DNA of 32,000 nt from Candidatus Scalindua sp. (GTDB lineage Bacteria; Planctomycetota; Brocadiia; Brocadiales; Scalinduaceae): the NCBI GenBank assembly GCA_031316235.1, contig JALDRA010000001.1, positions 960,001 to 992,000 of the forward strand, in the 5' to 3' direction. The translations under genes were made by a program, and so were the position numbers. How positions within the stretch are numbered: the stretch's first letter is position 1; each line of letters starts with the position of its first letter. Shown in pieces: positions 1-9,333 of the stretch. The notes under the pieces were generated by a model. It made no database searches. It was not told the origin of the DNA and saw only the letters and a list, made by a program, of their open reading frames with translations.

Positions 1-307
1 CGTTCGAAACAGCCTTCTGAAAGTTTTGACTCTGAAAAAATGATCCATCCTGGATGCTTTGCATGATCCTGGTCATCTCCTGCACAACGACCCTTCCGGC
101 ACCCATATTGAGGTGTCCGACTTCTGAAGAACCCTGGTAACCATCTGGTAAGCCAACCGAACACCCTGATGCACTCAGGAGGATATTCGGATATTTTTTG
201 AGGAGATCATCGGTCTTTGGCGTATGGGCATTCATTACCGCATTAAATTCAGGATTTGGGTTTACGCCCCAGCCATCTCTAATAATGAGAACAATCGATT
301 GTTGCAT
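1..307 (-). CDS. gpmI: 2,3-bisphosphoglycerate-independent phosphoglycerate mutase, N-terminal part (continues past the left edge)
   Basis: Absent from the ORF track because it has no stop in the window. Minus-strand translation from the ATG at 307-305 reads MQQSIVLIIRDGWGVNPNPEFNAVMNAHTPKTDDLLKKYPNILLSASGCSVGLPDGYQGSSEVGHLNMGAGRVVVQEM. This is the typical iPGM N-terminus with the SEVGHLNxGAGR motif. An in-frame TAA lies two codons upstream of the ATG. Confidence 0.85.
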   Translation of the reverse strand, partial: MQQSIVLIIRDGWGVNPNPEFNAVMNAHTPKTDDLLKKYPNILLSASGCSVGLPDGYQGSSEVGHLNMGAGRVVVQEMTRIMQSIQDGSFFQSQNFQKAVSN

Positions 308-446
308 ACGTTAACAGAACCTGAAAGTGTTGAAATAAAAAAATCCATGGATAAAATCCTTTACCTGTTAAGAGTATGGGAAAACCCTGGATTTCTGCTT
401 TGTTTTTAAAGCTATCGCGCCTCAATGTCTCTTTTCAACTTGAAGC

Positions 447-1463
447 CTAGTCTTTATATGTATAGCCGTATTTTATGGCACGGGTATTCTCTTCCCGAAA
501 TCTCGAATGTAATTCTGATTGAAAATCTATCGCTTCGATCTTGATACCAATCATGCTGAGCAGCCTTCCCAGCGCTAACATATTTACAAAGACCGGACTA
601 TTGAACTCTTCTAAAGATATTTGAGAAAAAGGAATTCTATTACTTACAGGACAGATAATGTCACAGCCCGTACATTCCTGATTACAGGCAGCAGCATCAA
701 TAACTATTTCTTTGGCATTCACTAAGGGTTTTTTACCCTTGGACAAACAAATTCCCACATCAGCTTTTTCAAAGAATGGTGTTTCAATCTTTTCGTCAGA
801 ATAGATCAACTCAGCCGTTATCTCTCCTCCCCGGACGGCAGCACCATAGACAATGTTCAATGATACCTCCTTTCCCATTTTCGCAAGTATATTCCCAAGG
901 GTATGCGCCATAAGTTTTATACCCTGCCCCGCCTCTCCTACAAGGATTATTTTTTTTGTCCTTTTTTCTAAAGGGGTCGGCGCTAATTTTTTCACCATCT
1001 GGATAATGCTCACCCCGAAAAACTGTTCGTCTATAAAGGATTTCTGCTCAAAACCAGCACTTCTAAACAGCTGGTGCAGGTCTCTCTCTTTAGGATAAGA
1101 GGAGAATATACGCGCTTCATAACAAGACTTCTTTATGAACTGTTTTATGGTTTCATTCAAAAGATCCCTTGCGTACCCTCTTCCTCTACAGGGCACTTTA
1201 ACCCCTAACCAGTGGATGTTTCCAATACCATCGGTAACCCAGGAAAATACAAAACTGACAATCTCTTTCCCCAGCTTTCCCACAAGATAAACAGAGTCTT
1301 TCTCCTTGATATGCTCAGTAACTTTTTTAGCAGAATATGCTGCCTTAAAATGTTTACGTTCAGATTCAAGGCTCCCCGCGTGCAATTCGTCAATAACTGA
1401 CTGAAACAATTTCACCGTCTCCTTCACATCTGCTTCAGCAAGTTTCGTTATCACATATTTCAT
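447..1463 (-). CDS. GNAT acetyltransferase domain fused to 2-oxoacid:ferredoxin oxidoreductase gamma subunit
   Basis: The N-terminal ~160 aa carry GNAT motif A (HWLGVKVPCRGRGYARDLL). The C-terminal ~175 aa (KIILVGEAGQGIKLMAHTLGNILAKMGKEVSLNIVYGAAVRGGEI) look like a pyruvate/2-oxoacid:ferredoxin oxidoreductase gamma domain. The start overlaps the korB stop (ATGA). Confidence 0.8.
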   Translation of the reverse strand: MKYVITKLAEADVKETVKLFQSVIDELHAGSLESERKHFKAAYSAKKVTEHIKEKDSVYLVGKLGKEIVSFVFSWVTDGIGNIHWLGVKVPCRGRGYARDLLNETIKQFIKKSCYEARIFSSYPKERDLHQLFRSAGFEQKSFIDEQFFGVSIIQMVKKLAPTPLEKRTKKIILVGEAGQGIKLMAHTLGNILAKMGKEVSLNIVYGAAVRGGEITAELIYSDEKIETPFFEKADVGICLSKGKKPLVNAKEIVIDAAACNQECTGCDIICPVSNRIPFSQISLEEFNSPVFVNMLALGRLLSMIGIKIEAIDFQSELHSRFREENTRAIKYGYTYKD

Positions 1464-2230
1464 CTTATAATCCCAATTTCATTGTGCTCTAACGTATCGG
1501 TGTTATCGTTTATCTTAAAAGTATCTTTATAGGACATCAACATTTCATACGCATTCTTAAAACCTCGTCTACGGCCATCATTGGTAATGCATTGGGTCCT
1601 TATCTCAACAAAAGACAATCCCTCGTGCTTGAATGACTCAGTAATGCATTTATCCGCATGGTTGAAGTGGAATACGGTCGTCCGGGCATAATAAGAATTG
1701 TGAGCCTTCAGGATAGCTTGCGCATCAATGGGTGTATCAGCATTCCCTTCAGGTGCAGTAAGAGTTCTTGACCCCTGTTCAGTGGTTGGTGAGGACTGTC
1801 CGCCTGTCATGCCGTAGATGGAATTCGCAATGCAAATGATACTGATGTTTGTATTTCTTCTTGATGCGTGCAATAAATGGTTCCCGCCAATTCCCAGGAG
1901 ATCACCATCACCGCTTATGATGATTACGTTAAGGGCCTGGTTGACATTTTTTATTCCCTCAGCTACGGGAATTGCTCTTCCATGTACAGAATGAACAGAA
2001 TCGAGGTCAAAAAACCCGGCACTCCTTCCAGAACATCCAATGCCTGAGACCACTACTGTATCTTTTTGAGAAAAATTCAATTTCTCCATTGCCTGGCATA
2101 CAAGTTTGAGAACTATACCATTTCCACACCCCGGACACCACTGCGTGGGCAGTCTCTCCTGTTTGAGATAATTTAGATGAGTAATTACCTTTGTCACGTA
2201 TCCCTCCTGAATCGTCTCAATTTTGTCCAT
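1460..2230 (-). CDS. korB: 2-oxoacid (probably 2-oxoglutarate):ferredoxin oxidoreductase beta subunit, TPP-binding
   Basis: Motifs WCPGCGNG, GIGCSGR and ISGDGD are typical of OFOR beta. A GTG at 2197 overlaps the korA stop (GTGA) and follows GGAGGG, so the true start may be 2197 rather than 2230. Confidence 0.9.
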   Translation of the reverse strand: MDKIETIQEGYVTKVITHLNYLKQERLPTQWCPGCGNGIVLKLVCQAMEKLNFSQKDTVVVSGIGCSGRSAGFFDLDSVHSVHGRAIPVAEGIKNVNQALNVIIISGDGDLLGIGGNHLLHASRRNTNISIICIANSIYGMTGGQSSPTTEQGSRTLTAPEGNADTPIDAQAILKAHNSYYARTTVFHFNHADKCITESFKHEGLSFVEIRTQCITNDGRRRGFKNAYEMLMSYKDTFKINDNTDTLEHNEIGIIR

Positions 2231-3213
2231 ATCTCCTGCAAATCTATTTTACCCCCCAAGATCGAGATAAGATGAACCTTGCGATGTAACATCCTTTCAA
2301 CCTCATTCACATATTGCCCCGCATTCATTTCCATTACTACTATTTTCTTATATTGGCCGGCAATCTCCTTGATATCTTCAACCATTGGAAAGATTCTGAC
2401 TGGCCGATAAATTGCAAAATCATCTTTAAAATGATATGACACCCGGGATAGTGCACCATACGCAATTAAGAGGGTATCAGAAGAGGCGTTTTCGATATAT
2501 TCATACCCGTTATATTTCTTCGCTACCTTCTTCTGTTTTTTCTCAAGATGTTTTATAAATTTCCTGTGGATTTCAGGATCAGATGTAGCAGGCAGTGAAC
2601 CCTCATGGGTGAGCCCCGTAAAGTGCCTGTTAGATGTTCCTAACGGAGGTAATGTCCTTTTCGATATTTCATACTCTTTTGTCTCGATAGTCTCGTAAAG
2701 ATGTCCAACATATCCGTCACTCAGCAGGATCACAGGGCTGAGGGACTCTTCGGCCGCATTGAATGCATGAAAAGTATACTGATACAGTTCATCAACCGAA
2801 TTGGGATAAAAAACAATCGGAAAATAATCACCGTGACTGCCGTACTTACATTGCATCACATCGCCTTGGGCAGGCAATGTCGGCATGCCTGTACTTGGCC
2901 CTACACGCTGTACATTAACAATAACAAGCGGAACTTCCATCATATGGGCAAGGCCAATACTCTCCTGCATCAATGAAAATCCCGGCCCAGAGGTAGCTGT
3001 CATCGACTTAGCCCCTGCCAGAGAGGCGCCAATAATGGCGTTGATCGAAGCTATCTCATCTTCCATCTGCAGCAATTTCACCGTTTTTTTATCCACCAGT
3101 TCATGGAGAATCTCTGAGGCAGGCGTAATAGGATACCCGGCGTAAAAGCCTAAACCGGCTTTGACGGCAGCCTGTGCAATTGCCTGATTACCCTGTAGGA
3201 GTATCTTTGTCAT
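2194..3213 (-). CDS. korA: 2-oxoacid:ferredoxin oxidoreductase alpha subunit
   Basis: N-terminus MTKILLQGNQAIAQAAVKAGLGFYAGYPITPASEI is the canonical OFOR alpha start. It sits between the delta and beta genes. Confidence 0.9.
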   Translation of the reverse strand: MTKILLQGNQAIAQAAVKAGLGFYAGYPITPASEILHELVDKKTVKLLQMEDEIASINAIIGASLAGAKSMTATSGPGFSLMQESIGLAHMMEVPLVIVNVQRVGPSTGMPTLPAQGDVMQCKYGSHGDYFPIVFYPNSVDELYQYTFHAFNAAEESLSPVILLSDGYVGHLYETIETKEYEISKRTLPPLGTSNRHFTGLTHEGSLPATSDPEIHRKFIKHLEKKQKKVAKKYNGYEYIENASSDTLLIAYGALSRVSYHFKDDFAIYRPVRIFPMVEDIKEIAGQYKKIVVMEMNAGQYVNEVERMLHRKVHLISILGGKIDLQEIWTKLRRFRRDT

Positions 3214-3403
3214 TTTTCGTATCTATCACGAGAGCCATGTCGGGACAGTATCTCTCGCACTGCATACACGCAATACATTTACCAAGCTCTGTCAGCCTGT
3301 TATTATTTATCGTATAATTTTTTACCGGACACATATTGACGCAGATACCACACACTTTACACCTGTTGTGGTCAATAGTAACTATCCCTTTTTTTTTGGC
3401 CAT
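3188..3403 (-). CDS. korD: OFOR delta subunit, 2x[4Fe-4S] ferredoxin
   Basis: 71 aa with two CxxCxxCxxxCP motifs (CKVCGICVNMCP, CIACMQCERYCP). It is the first gene of the delta-alpha-beta-gamma operon. Confidence 0.85.
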   Translation of the reverse strand: MAKKKGIVTIDHNRCKVCGICVNMCPVKNYTINNNRLTELGKCIACMQCERYCPDMALVIDTKNDKDTPTG

Positions 3404-3522
3404 ACTGCGTTCGCAAAAAAAATTAATCTAAAAAATTATTTCATCTTAAATTCTGTGTGTAATGCGGTACTCTGTGTACCGGCGCTCTCTGTCACTCGCC
3501 ACTATAAAAACGAGGTCTCTTG

Positions 3523-3662
3523 CATACTCATCTCATAATGGTTTTCGGATAAAATCCGGGATAAATTTGTCCGGGGGAAGTCCTCAGCGTTTTTTGTCCG
3601 GGGATACCTTCACCAGGATTTTGTTTCCGGTAAAACCGAAAACCAGATCGGTTTTAGTATAT
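3523..3662 (+). repeat. Family A structured intergenic repeat, copy A1 (long form)
   Basis: catactcatctcataatggttttcggataaaatccggg...gtcctcagcgttttttgtccggggataccttcaccagga...tttccggtaaaaccgaaaaccagatcggttttagtata aligns along its length with copies at 30903, 19957, 14154(-) and 9216(-). It lies between the sucD stop and the korD start. Confidence 0.85.
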
Positions 3663-3690
3663 ACCATGGTGCGGGCAAATCCATCTCTTT

Positions 3691-4560
3691 TCACTTCAAT
3701 ACCTTTTCAACCGCTTCTCCAATATTGGCAGGATTGTCTACAACGGTAACATCTGCATCACGCAGACAAGCGACTTTCTCCCTGACAGTACCTTTCCCAC
3801 CGGAAATAATAGCGCCTGCATGCCCCATCCTCTTGCCCGCGGGTGCGGTAAGGCCGGCGATAAAGCTTACGACAGGTTTCGACACTTCATTTTTTATAAA
3901 TTCCGCCGCCTCTTCTTCAGCACTTCCGCCAATCTCCCCGATCAGCACTATTGCCTGCGTATCATCGTCCTCCTGAAAAAGGGTAAGGGCATCAACAAAT
4001 GATGTTCCGATGACAGGATCACCACCGATACCCAAACAGGTAGACTGCCCGATACCCCGCTGTGTCAACTGCCATACCGCCTCGTAGGTCAGCGTACCAC
4101 TTCTGGACACAACACCAACATGGCCGGGAGTGTGTATGTATCCGGGCATAATACCGATCTTTGATTGCCCGGGCGTAATAACACCGGGGCAATTAGGCCC
4201 GATCAGGCGAGTCGATTTCGCAGCAAGATATCTTTTCACTTTTAACATATCAACAGTTGGAATCCCTTCGGTAATACATATGATCAATCCAATTCCAGCT
4301 TCAGCTGCTTCAAAAACAGCATCAGCAGCAAAAGGTGCAGGCACATAAATAATAGAGGTGTCACAACCTGTTTTCTCTACCGCCTCCTTTACAGAATCGA
4401 AGACAGGGATATCAAAAATCCGGGTCCCTCCTTTGCCAGGTGTTACGCCCCCGACCATTCTTGTACCATACTCCAGCATATGCTCCGTATGGAATTTCCC
4501 TGATGTTCCCGTAATACCTTGACAGACTACTTTAGTTTCACGATCTATGAGTATACTCAT
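3691..4560 (-). CDS. sucD: succinyl-CoA synthetase alpha subunit
   Basis: [18 protein letters not shown]...SRSGTLTYE...GIGGDP...MGHAGAI is the canonical SucD signature, including the phospho-His loop. There is a 4-nt start/stop overlap with sucC. Confidence 0.95.
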   Translation of the reverse strand: MSILIDRETKVVCQGITGTSGKFHTEHMLEYGTRMVGGVTPGKGGTRIFDIPVFDSVKEAVEKTGCDTSIIYVPAPFAADAVFEAAEAGIGLIICITEGIPTVDMLKVKRYLAAKSTRLIGPNCPGVITPGQSKIGIMPGYIHTPGHVGVVSRSGTLTYEAVWQLTQRGIGQSTCLGIGGDPVIGTSFVDALTLFQEDDDTQAIVLIGEIGGSAEEEAAEFIKNEVSKPVVSFIAGLTAPAGKRMGHAGAIISGGKGTVREKVACLRDADVTVVDNPANIGEAVEKVLK

Positions 4561-5771
4561 TTTGTTTCCTGTACCGCCTTAACTATCTTTTCCGCTGCAT
4601 CCTTCATACTCTCTGCAACGATCATATCGAGTCCCGAATTATCAAGAATAGTCTTCGCAATTTGAACATTCGTACCTTCCAGTCTGACCACGAGGGGTAC
4701 ATGGATACCCACTTTTTTTACTGCCTGAATAATACCCTCAGCAACAATATCACACTTCATGATACCGCCAAAGATATTAACCAGCACTCCTTTCACCTTT
4801 TGATCAGCAAAAATCAATTCGAATGCGGTAGTTACCCTCTCAACCGGCGCATCGCCCCCAACATCCAGGAAATTAGCAGGCATTCCTCCGTAACACTTTA
4901 TAATATCCATTGTTGCCATTGCCAGACCGGCACCGTTTACCAGACAGCCAATGTTTCCATCAAGCCCTATATAACTCAATCCTGACTCTGTTGCCTTTCC
5001 TTCAATAGCGTCATCCTCAGAAAAATCCCTCATCTGCAAAAATTCTTGATGGCGAAAAAGGGCATTATCATCAATATCCATTTTCACATCCAGCGCAACA
5101 ATCTCTCCCTCTTTTGTCAACACAAGCGGATTTATTTCCAGCAGAGAGCAATCATTCCCATTGAACACCTTATAGAGGTCTGAGATGAGCCGAGAAGCCT
5201 TTATCATGAGTTTACCATCAGTCATCCCCAGTTCCTTTGCTATTTTGCGTGCCTGAAAAGCATACAGGCCCATAACCGGATCTACCCTCTCTTTCGCAAT
5301 CTTTTCAGGTGACTTCGAAGAGACCTCCTCTATCTCAACCCCACCTTCTGTACTACAGATGATAACGGGTGCAGAGGTGCTCCTGTCTATTGAGATTGCC
5401 AGATACGTCTCTTTTTCTATAGCTACCGCATCTTCAATAAGTATCTTCTTTACCGTTATCCCCTTGTCCCCTGTCTGAGCTGTTATCAGGGTAGACCCCA
5501 TCATCTCGGACGCATACCTTTTAACTTCTTCCGGTGTCACTGCTATTTTTATCCCGCCACCTTTTCCTCTTCCGCCTGCATGAACCTGGGCTTTTATAAC
5601 ACACCTGTTTTTCCCGAAATCCCCATAGGTTTTTCGTAGAGTTTCCGCATCCGTTACTACAACACCGTGCGGAACGTTGATGTTATGTTTTCGCAGGATT
5701 TCCTTTGCCTGATATTCGTAAAGTTTCAATGGTTCCTCTTGAAAATATCGTACTTCAAAAAAAAACGGCAC
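4557..5771 (-). CDS. sucC: succinyl-CoA synthetase beta subunit (ATP-grasp)
   Basis: [19 protein letters not shown]...[15 protein letters not shown] is the canonical SucC sequence. The likely true start is the TTG at 5729 (MKLYEYQAK), preceded by AAGAGGAA. The 14 upstream codons of the track ORF are probably not translated. Confidence 0.95.
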   Translation of the reverse strand: MPFFFEVRYFQEEPLKLYEYQAKEILRKHNINVPHGVVVTDAETLRKTYGDFGKNRCVIKAQVHAGGRGKGGGIKIAVTPEEVKRYASEMMGSTLITAQTGDKGITVKKILIEDAVAIEKETYLAISIDRSTSAPVIICSTEGGVEIEEVSSKSPEKIAKERVDPVMGLYAFQARKIAKELGMTDGKLMIKASRLISDLYKVFNGNDCSLLEINPLVLTKEGEIVALDVKMDIDDNALFRHQEFLQMRDFSEDDAIEGKATESGLSYIGLDGNIGCLVNGAGLAMATMDIIKCYGGMPANFLDVGGDAPVERVTTAFELIFADQKVKGVLVNIFGGIMKCDIVAEGIIQAVKKVGIHVPLVVRLEGTNVQIAKTILDNSGLDMIVAESMKDAAEKIVKAVQETK

Positions 5772-5921
5772 ATACCGACATAAACTCTGCCAATTCTACT
5801 TGCCCAGGAGACACGTGTCAAGGGGAAAGGGGACCATCTTTGCTTAAAAAACACAACATAAAATTATAAAATACTCTTGACTACCTCTAAATTTATAATA
5901 CACTGAATTAAACGATTTAAC

Positions 5922-6392
5922 ATGCACCTATTTATGAAAACAGATAAATTTTATTTTTACCCTATGAATGTCGAAATCCCTGAATACACATTCAATTTAA
6001 AGGCAGCAGAGTTTCAAAAAACACATGAGGAATTTACTGTCTGGTTTTTTGAAGGAATTTTAGAAAATTATCCAGATTACCTGGAGTGCCTCATGTATCT
6101 TGGCAACGCATATACTTCAAGAGGTCTGTATGAGAAGGGTTTGCAAGTCGATTTGAAGTTAGTGGCACTGAGGCCTTGTGACCCCATGGTTCATTACAAT
6201 ATCGCCTGTAGTTACTCACTATTGGGAAAGATAGATCTGGCGTTTTCTTCCTTAAATAAATCAATCGATTTCGGCTATGACGATATAAACCACCTGGAAA
6301 ACGACAGAGATCTTGACAGGCTGAGAGGCGAGGAACAATATAAAACGATCATAAATAAATTGAAGGAACTCGAACAAAAACAGGTTTCCTAG
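5922..6392 (+). CDS. TPR-repeat protein
   Basis: The 156-aa ORF has TPR-like helices (YLGNAYTSRGLYEKGLQVDLKLVALRPCDPMVHYNIACSYSLLGKIDLAFSSLNKSI). The start codon is uncertain. Confidence 0.6.
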   Translation: MHLFMKTDKFYFYPMNVEIPEYTFNLKAAEFQKTHEEFTVWFFEGILENYPDYLECLMYLGNAYTSRGLYEKGLQVDLKLVALRPCDPMVHYNIACSYSLLGKIDLAFSSLNKSIDFGYDDINHLENDRDLDRLRGEEQYKTIINKLKELEQKQVS

Positions 6393-6395
6393 AAT

Positions 6396-7181
6396 TTACC
6401 CGGCACAAGCTTCATCAAAGGCAATCTTTATCCCTTCCAGTGTCAGATGAGGAGCAAGTTTGTTAATTTGGGGAAGATCAGCAATGAGGGTTGCCGCATC
6501 CCCGCCAGTAGCTATAATACATTGCACATCGCAGACTTCCTTCAGTAACTCTTCCAATATATATGAAACAGCACCAACTGTCCCGTTATAAATTCCCGAA
6601 GAAATTGCGGACTCCGTGTTTTTACCAATTATCTTTTCTGGTTTTCTTATTTCAACTTTCGGTAAAAATGCCGTTTGACTTTTAAGGGCGTAAGCAGATG
6701 TCTCAATACCGGGGAGTATTAAACCGCCAAGGAACTCACCACCTTTTGATACAATATCAACGGTTAAAGCGGTACCAAAATCAACTACTATAGCAGCAGC
6801 CCTGGTAAGGTGATATGCTGCGAGAGCATTGAGGAGTCTATCTACCCCTACTTTTTCAGGTTTTTCCACAAGGACAGGTATCTTCAGTTGTATTTCTCTT
6901 CCTATCTTTAAGACCTTTCTTGTGTACTGCTTCTCTAAATATTTACAAAAGGCCTCTTCATTCTCAGGATTTACAGAAGCAATAATAATATCCCGGATAT
7001 CTTTCACCGTACCTGTATCAAGGAGAAAGCTACCACTCTGCTGCACCAGACTCTTCCCATTAATAGAACTATGAGATACAAGGTTGTGCCCTTGAAAGTA
7101 ACCCAAACTGATATTTGTATTGCCTATATCGACAGTCAAGATCATGATACGAGGAAACTCAAACAGATATCCGCTGCACAT
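6396..7181 (-). CDS. coaX: type III pantothenate kinase
   Basis: ILTVDIGNTNISLG, VDFGTALT and ATGGDA are CoaX/ASKHA-fold motifs. The likely start is the ATG at 7145 (MILTVDIGNT). Confidence 0.9.
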   Translation of the reverse strand: MCSGYLFEFPRIMILTVDIGNTNISLGYFQGHNLVSHSSINGKSLVQQSGSFLLDTGTVKDIRDIIIASVNPENEEAFCKYLEKQYTRKVLKIGREIQLKIPVLVEKPEKVGVDRLLNALAAYHLTRAAAIVVDFGTALTVDIVSKGGEFLGGLILPGIETSAYALKSQTAFLPKVEIRKPEKIIGKNTESAISSGIYNGTVGAVSYILEELLKEVCDVQCIIATGGDAATLIADLPQINKLAPHLTLEGIKIAFDEACAG

Positions 7182-7335
7182 TCAAATCAATGTTCCTCTT
7201 TAATTTTTCAAACTGCATCTGGATAGAAACCCTGGGATTAAATAAAAAAGGGCCGGATATAAGGCCAATTAATAATTTTGCAGCCGGGAACGCAATTCCA
7301 GCACTTGGGGATTACCGACTTATTACAGCAACGCA

Positions 7336-8352
7336 CTAGGTATGGGTAGTTTCCGTTTCACGGCCAAATACCAGCTTTGCCGCCCTCTTAATCAGAATAT
7401 TCACATTTTTTCCTGTAGCAGCAGAGATGGGATACACAGGCTGTGACAACTTCCGGGTCAAACTCTTTACAATGCGGGAAAATGACTCTTTTTCTAATAA
7501 ATCAATTTTGTTAACTGCTATTATTTCCGGTTTTTCGCTCAGCCCATGATGAAACAACTTTAATTCTCTTCTGATAGTGTTGTACGCATCCAGCGGGTCC
7601 TGTTTTGCTGCAATATCTATCAGATGAATAACGACCTTAGTCCTTTCAATATGTCGCAAAAACGTATTACCCAGCCCTGATCCACTGTGAGCGTCCTTTA
7701 TTATACCTGGTATGTCTGCAAAAACCAGCCTTCGGTAATCGTCCAGTTCAACAATTCCAAGTTGCGGTTGCAGCGTCGTAAATGGGTAATTGGCAATTTT
7801 GGGTCGTGCTGAAGAGATGCGGGAAAGGAAAGTGGATTTCCCGCCATTGGGTAAACCTATGATACCAACATCAGCAATTAATTTTAATTCAAGCTTAAGC
7901 CAGCGTTCCTGGCCTTTTTTCCCCTTCTCAGCAATATGTGGTGTCTGATTTGTTGCAGATTTAAAGTGAACGTTACCTTTACCTTTCGCCCCCCCCCTTA
8001 CAATCTTAACGTATTCCCCGGTTGTATTCAAATCCTTCAGTATTCGACCTGTCTTGAGATCTTTCACTATCGTACCTCTTGGCAAATCGATGATCAGGTC
8101 TTTTCCATCTTTGCCGGTCCTATTCCGGCCTGTCCCGCATGCTCCATTTTCCGCAATAATTCTCGACCTCTGGGGAATATCCATCAACGTATCAATTTTA
8201 TCATTCACATAAAAGAAAATAGTACCCCCTTTCCCTCCATCTCCACCATCGGGTCCTCCACGCGGCACATATTTTTCACGACGAAAACTTACGCACCCGT
8301 CGCCACCATCACCAGCTTTTACATAGATTGTTGCCTCATCTACAAGCATCAT
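7336..8352 (-). CDS. obg: GTPase Obg/CgtA
   Basis: LVDEATIYVKAGDGGDGCVSFRREKYVPRGGPDGGDGGKGG is the Obg fold. G1 is GLPNGGKST and G3 is DIPG. It lies downstream of rplU-rpmA, as in many bacteria. Confidence 0.95.
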   Translation of the reverse strand: MMLVDEATIYVKAGDGGDGCVSFRREKYVPRGGPDGGDGGKGGTIFFYVNDKIDTLMDIPQRSRIIAENGACGTGRNRTGKDGKDLIIDLPRGTIVKDLKTGRILKDLNTTGEYVKIVRGGAKGKGNVHFKSATNQTPHIAEKGKKGQERWLKLELKLIADVGIIGLPNGGKSTFLSRISSARPKIANYPFTTLQPQLGIVELDDYRRLVFADIPGIIKDAHSGSGLGNTFLRHIERTKVVIHLIDIAAKQDPLDAYNTIRRELKLFHHGLSEKPEIIAVNKIDLLEKESFSRIVKSLTRKLSQPVYPISAATGKNVNILIKRAAKLVFGRETETTHT

Positions 8353-8361
8353 TCACTACCT

Positions 8362-8389
8362 ATTAAAAAAGGGAGCATTATATGCCCCC
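8362..8389 (-). terminator. Intrinsic terminator or attenuator between rpmA and obg
   Basis: The minus-strand RNA reads GGGGGCAU-AUA-AUGCUCCC (8-bp stem including one G-U pair, 3-nt loop) followed directly by UUUUUU. The T-tract ends about 10 nt before the obg ATG. Confidence 0.6.
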
Positions 8390-8443
8390 TTTAATGCCCA
8401 AAGCCTTCCTTTGGCCGGAACCTTAAAACTTCATATTAAATTG

Positions 8444-8686
8444 TTATTCTGGATACACACTGATACGTCGTCCGGATTCGAACTTAACCGTACCATCAAT
8501 CTTCGTAAACAGGGTATAGTCTCTTCCACATCCGACATTCGTCCCCGGCTTGAACTTTGTACCACATTGACGTACTATTATCGAACCAGATACGACATAC
8601 TCACCGCCATACTTTTTTATACCCCGGAATTGGGGATTACTATCTCTGCCGTTTCTCGTCGAGCTTTGACCTTTTTTATGAGCCAC
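8444..8686 (-). CDS. rpmA: 50S ribosomal protein L27
   Basis: [31 protein letters not shown] is the canonical L27 N-terminus. Confidence 0.95.
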   Translation of the reverse strand: MAHKKGQSSTRNGRDSNPQFRGIKKYGGEYVVSGSIIVRQCGTKFKPGTNVGCGRDYTLFTKIDGTVKFESGRRISVYPE

Positions 8687-8732
8687 TCCTCACCTCCAAT
8701 TAAAAAATACATTATTTTCCTGATATATCACA

Positions 8733-9047
8733 TCAGGAAACTATCTCATTAACCTTAACTCTCGTATATCTTTGCCTATGGCCGTTTTTTGTCCTTGAAT
8801 CTTTACGGCGACGAAATTTCATAACCACTACTTTCTTTCCCTTTACGTGCCCCTGAACCTCAGATATCACTTTTGCATTTTCTACCGTCGGCTTACCAAT
8901 GAATGTCTCACCTTCTTTTGAAATCATCAATACCTCTTTAAACTCCAGGATATCACCTTTCTTGAGATTTCCCTTTAAATCAATCTCGAGACTTTTTCCC
9001 GGTTCAACCTTATACTGCTTTCCTTCATTTTTGATAACAGCATACAT
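8733..9047 (-). CDS. rplU: 50S ribosomal protein L21
   Basis: MYAVIKNEGKQYKVEPG...KFRRRKDSRTKNGHRQRYTRVKV is the canonical L21 sequence. Confidence 0.95.
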   Translation of the reverse strand: MYAVIKNEGKQYKVEPGKSLEIDLKGNLKKGDILEFKEVLMISKEGETFIGKPTVENAKVISEVQGHVKGKKVVVMKFRRRKDSRTKNGHRQRYTRVKVNEIVS

Positions 9048-9215
9048 AACATTTTTCTCCTTTCACTATTTTCTCAATCTATAAGTACATCCTTACTTTT
9101 ATTGTCAGCATCTGAACACCGCGGCAGACAGAGACATCTCACACCCATTACCGGTTCAAAACGCATATCCATCTCCGTAGCTCTCCCAGATACATCTTGA
9201 TTATTTTGTGCGCAG

Positions 9216-9328
9216 ATATACTGAAACCACATCCCGGTTAATGGTATCCCCGGACAGAAGACGCCGAGGACTTTACTGGCTCCGTTTTTTCCGGATTTAA
9301 TCCGAAAACCTTTATACAGTGAATAAAA
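9216..9328 (-). repeat. Family A repeat, copy A2 (middle module present, 3' hairpin deleted)
   Basis: The reverse complement reads ...ataaaggttttcggattaaatccggaaaaaacggagccagtaaagtcctcggcgtcttctgtccggggataccattaaccgggatgtggtttcagtatat. It lies between the rng stop (9334) and the rplU start (9047). Confidence 0.7.
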
Positions 9329-9333
9329 ACACA

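Noticed and set aside
224-409. The 61-aa plus-strand ORF at the left edge.
   Set aside because: It overlaps the gpmI start region on the opposite strand and has no recognisable features. The minus-strand reading is unambiguously iPGM.
3462-3749. Short ORFs sharing the peptide GFRIKSG/GFRIKSE (3462-3749+, 9074-9337-, 19881-20177+), which could look like a small protein family.
   Set aside because: The shared peptide is simply the translation of family A (ggttttcggataaaatccg). The frames differ outside the repeat, and there are no ribosome-binding sites or conserved ends.
5730-5771. The N-terminal extension [14 protein letters not shown] of sucC.
   Set aside because: The canonical SucC N-terminus ([10 protein letters not shown]) begins at the TTG at 5729, which has a proper AAGAGGAA Shine-Dalgarno sequence. 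The extension has no counterpart in SucC proteins.
7936-8394. Long antisense ORFs inside well-supported genes (for example 7936-8394+, 9641-10033+, 16325-16684-, 16907-17335+, 2701-3145+, 30204-30593-).
   Set aside because: They are shadow ORFs on the opposite strand of genes with strong homology signatures. Their translations are low-complexity and carry no recognisable motifs.
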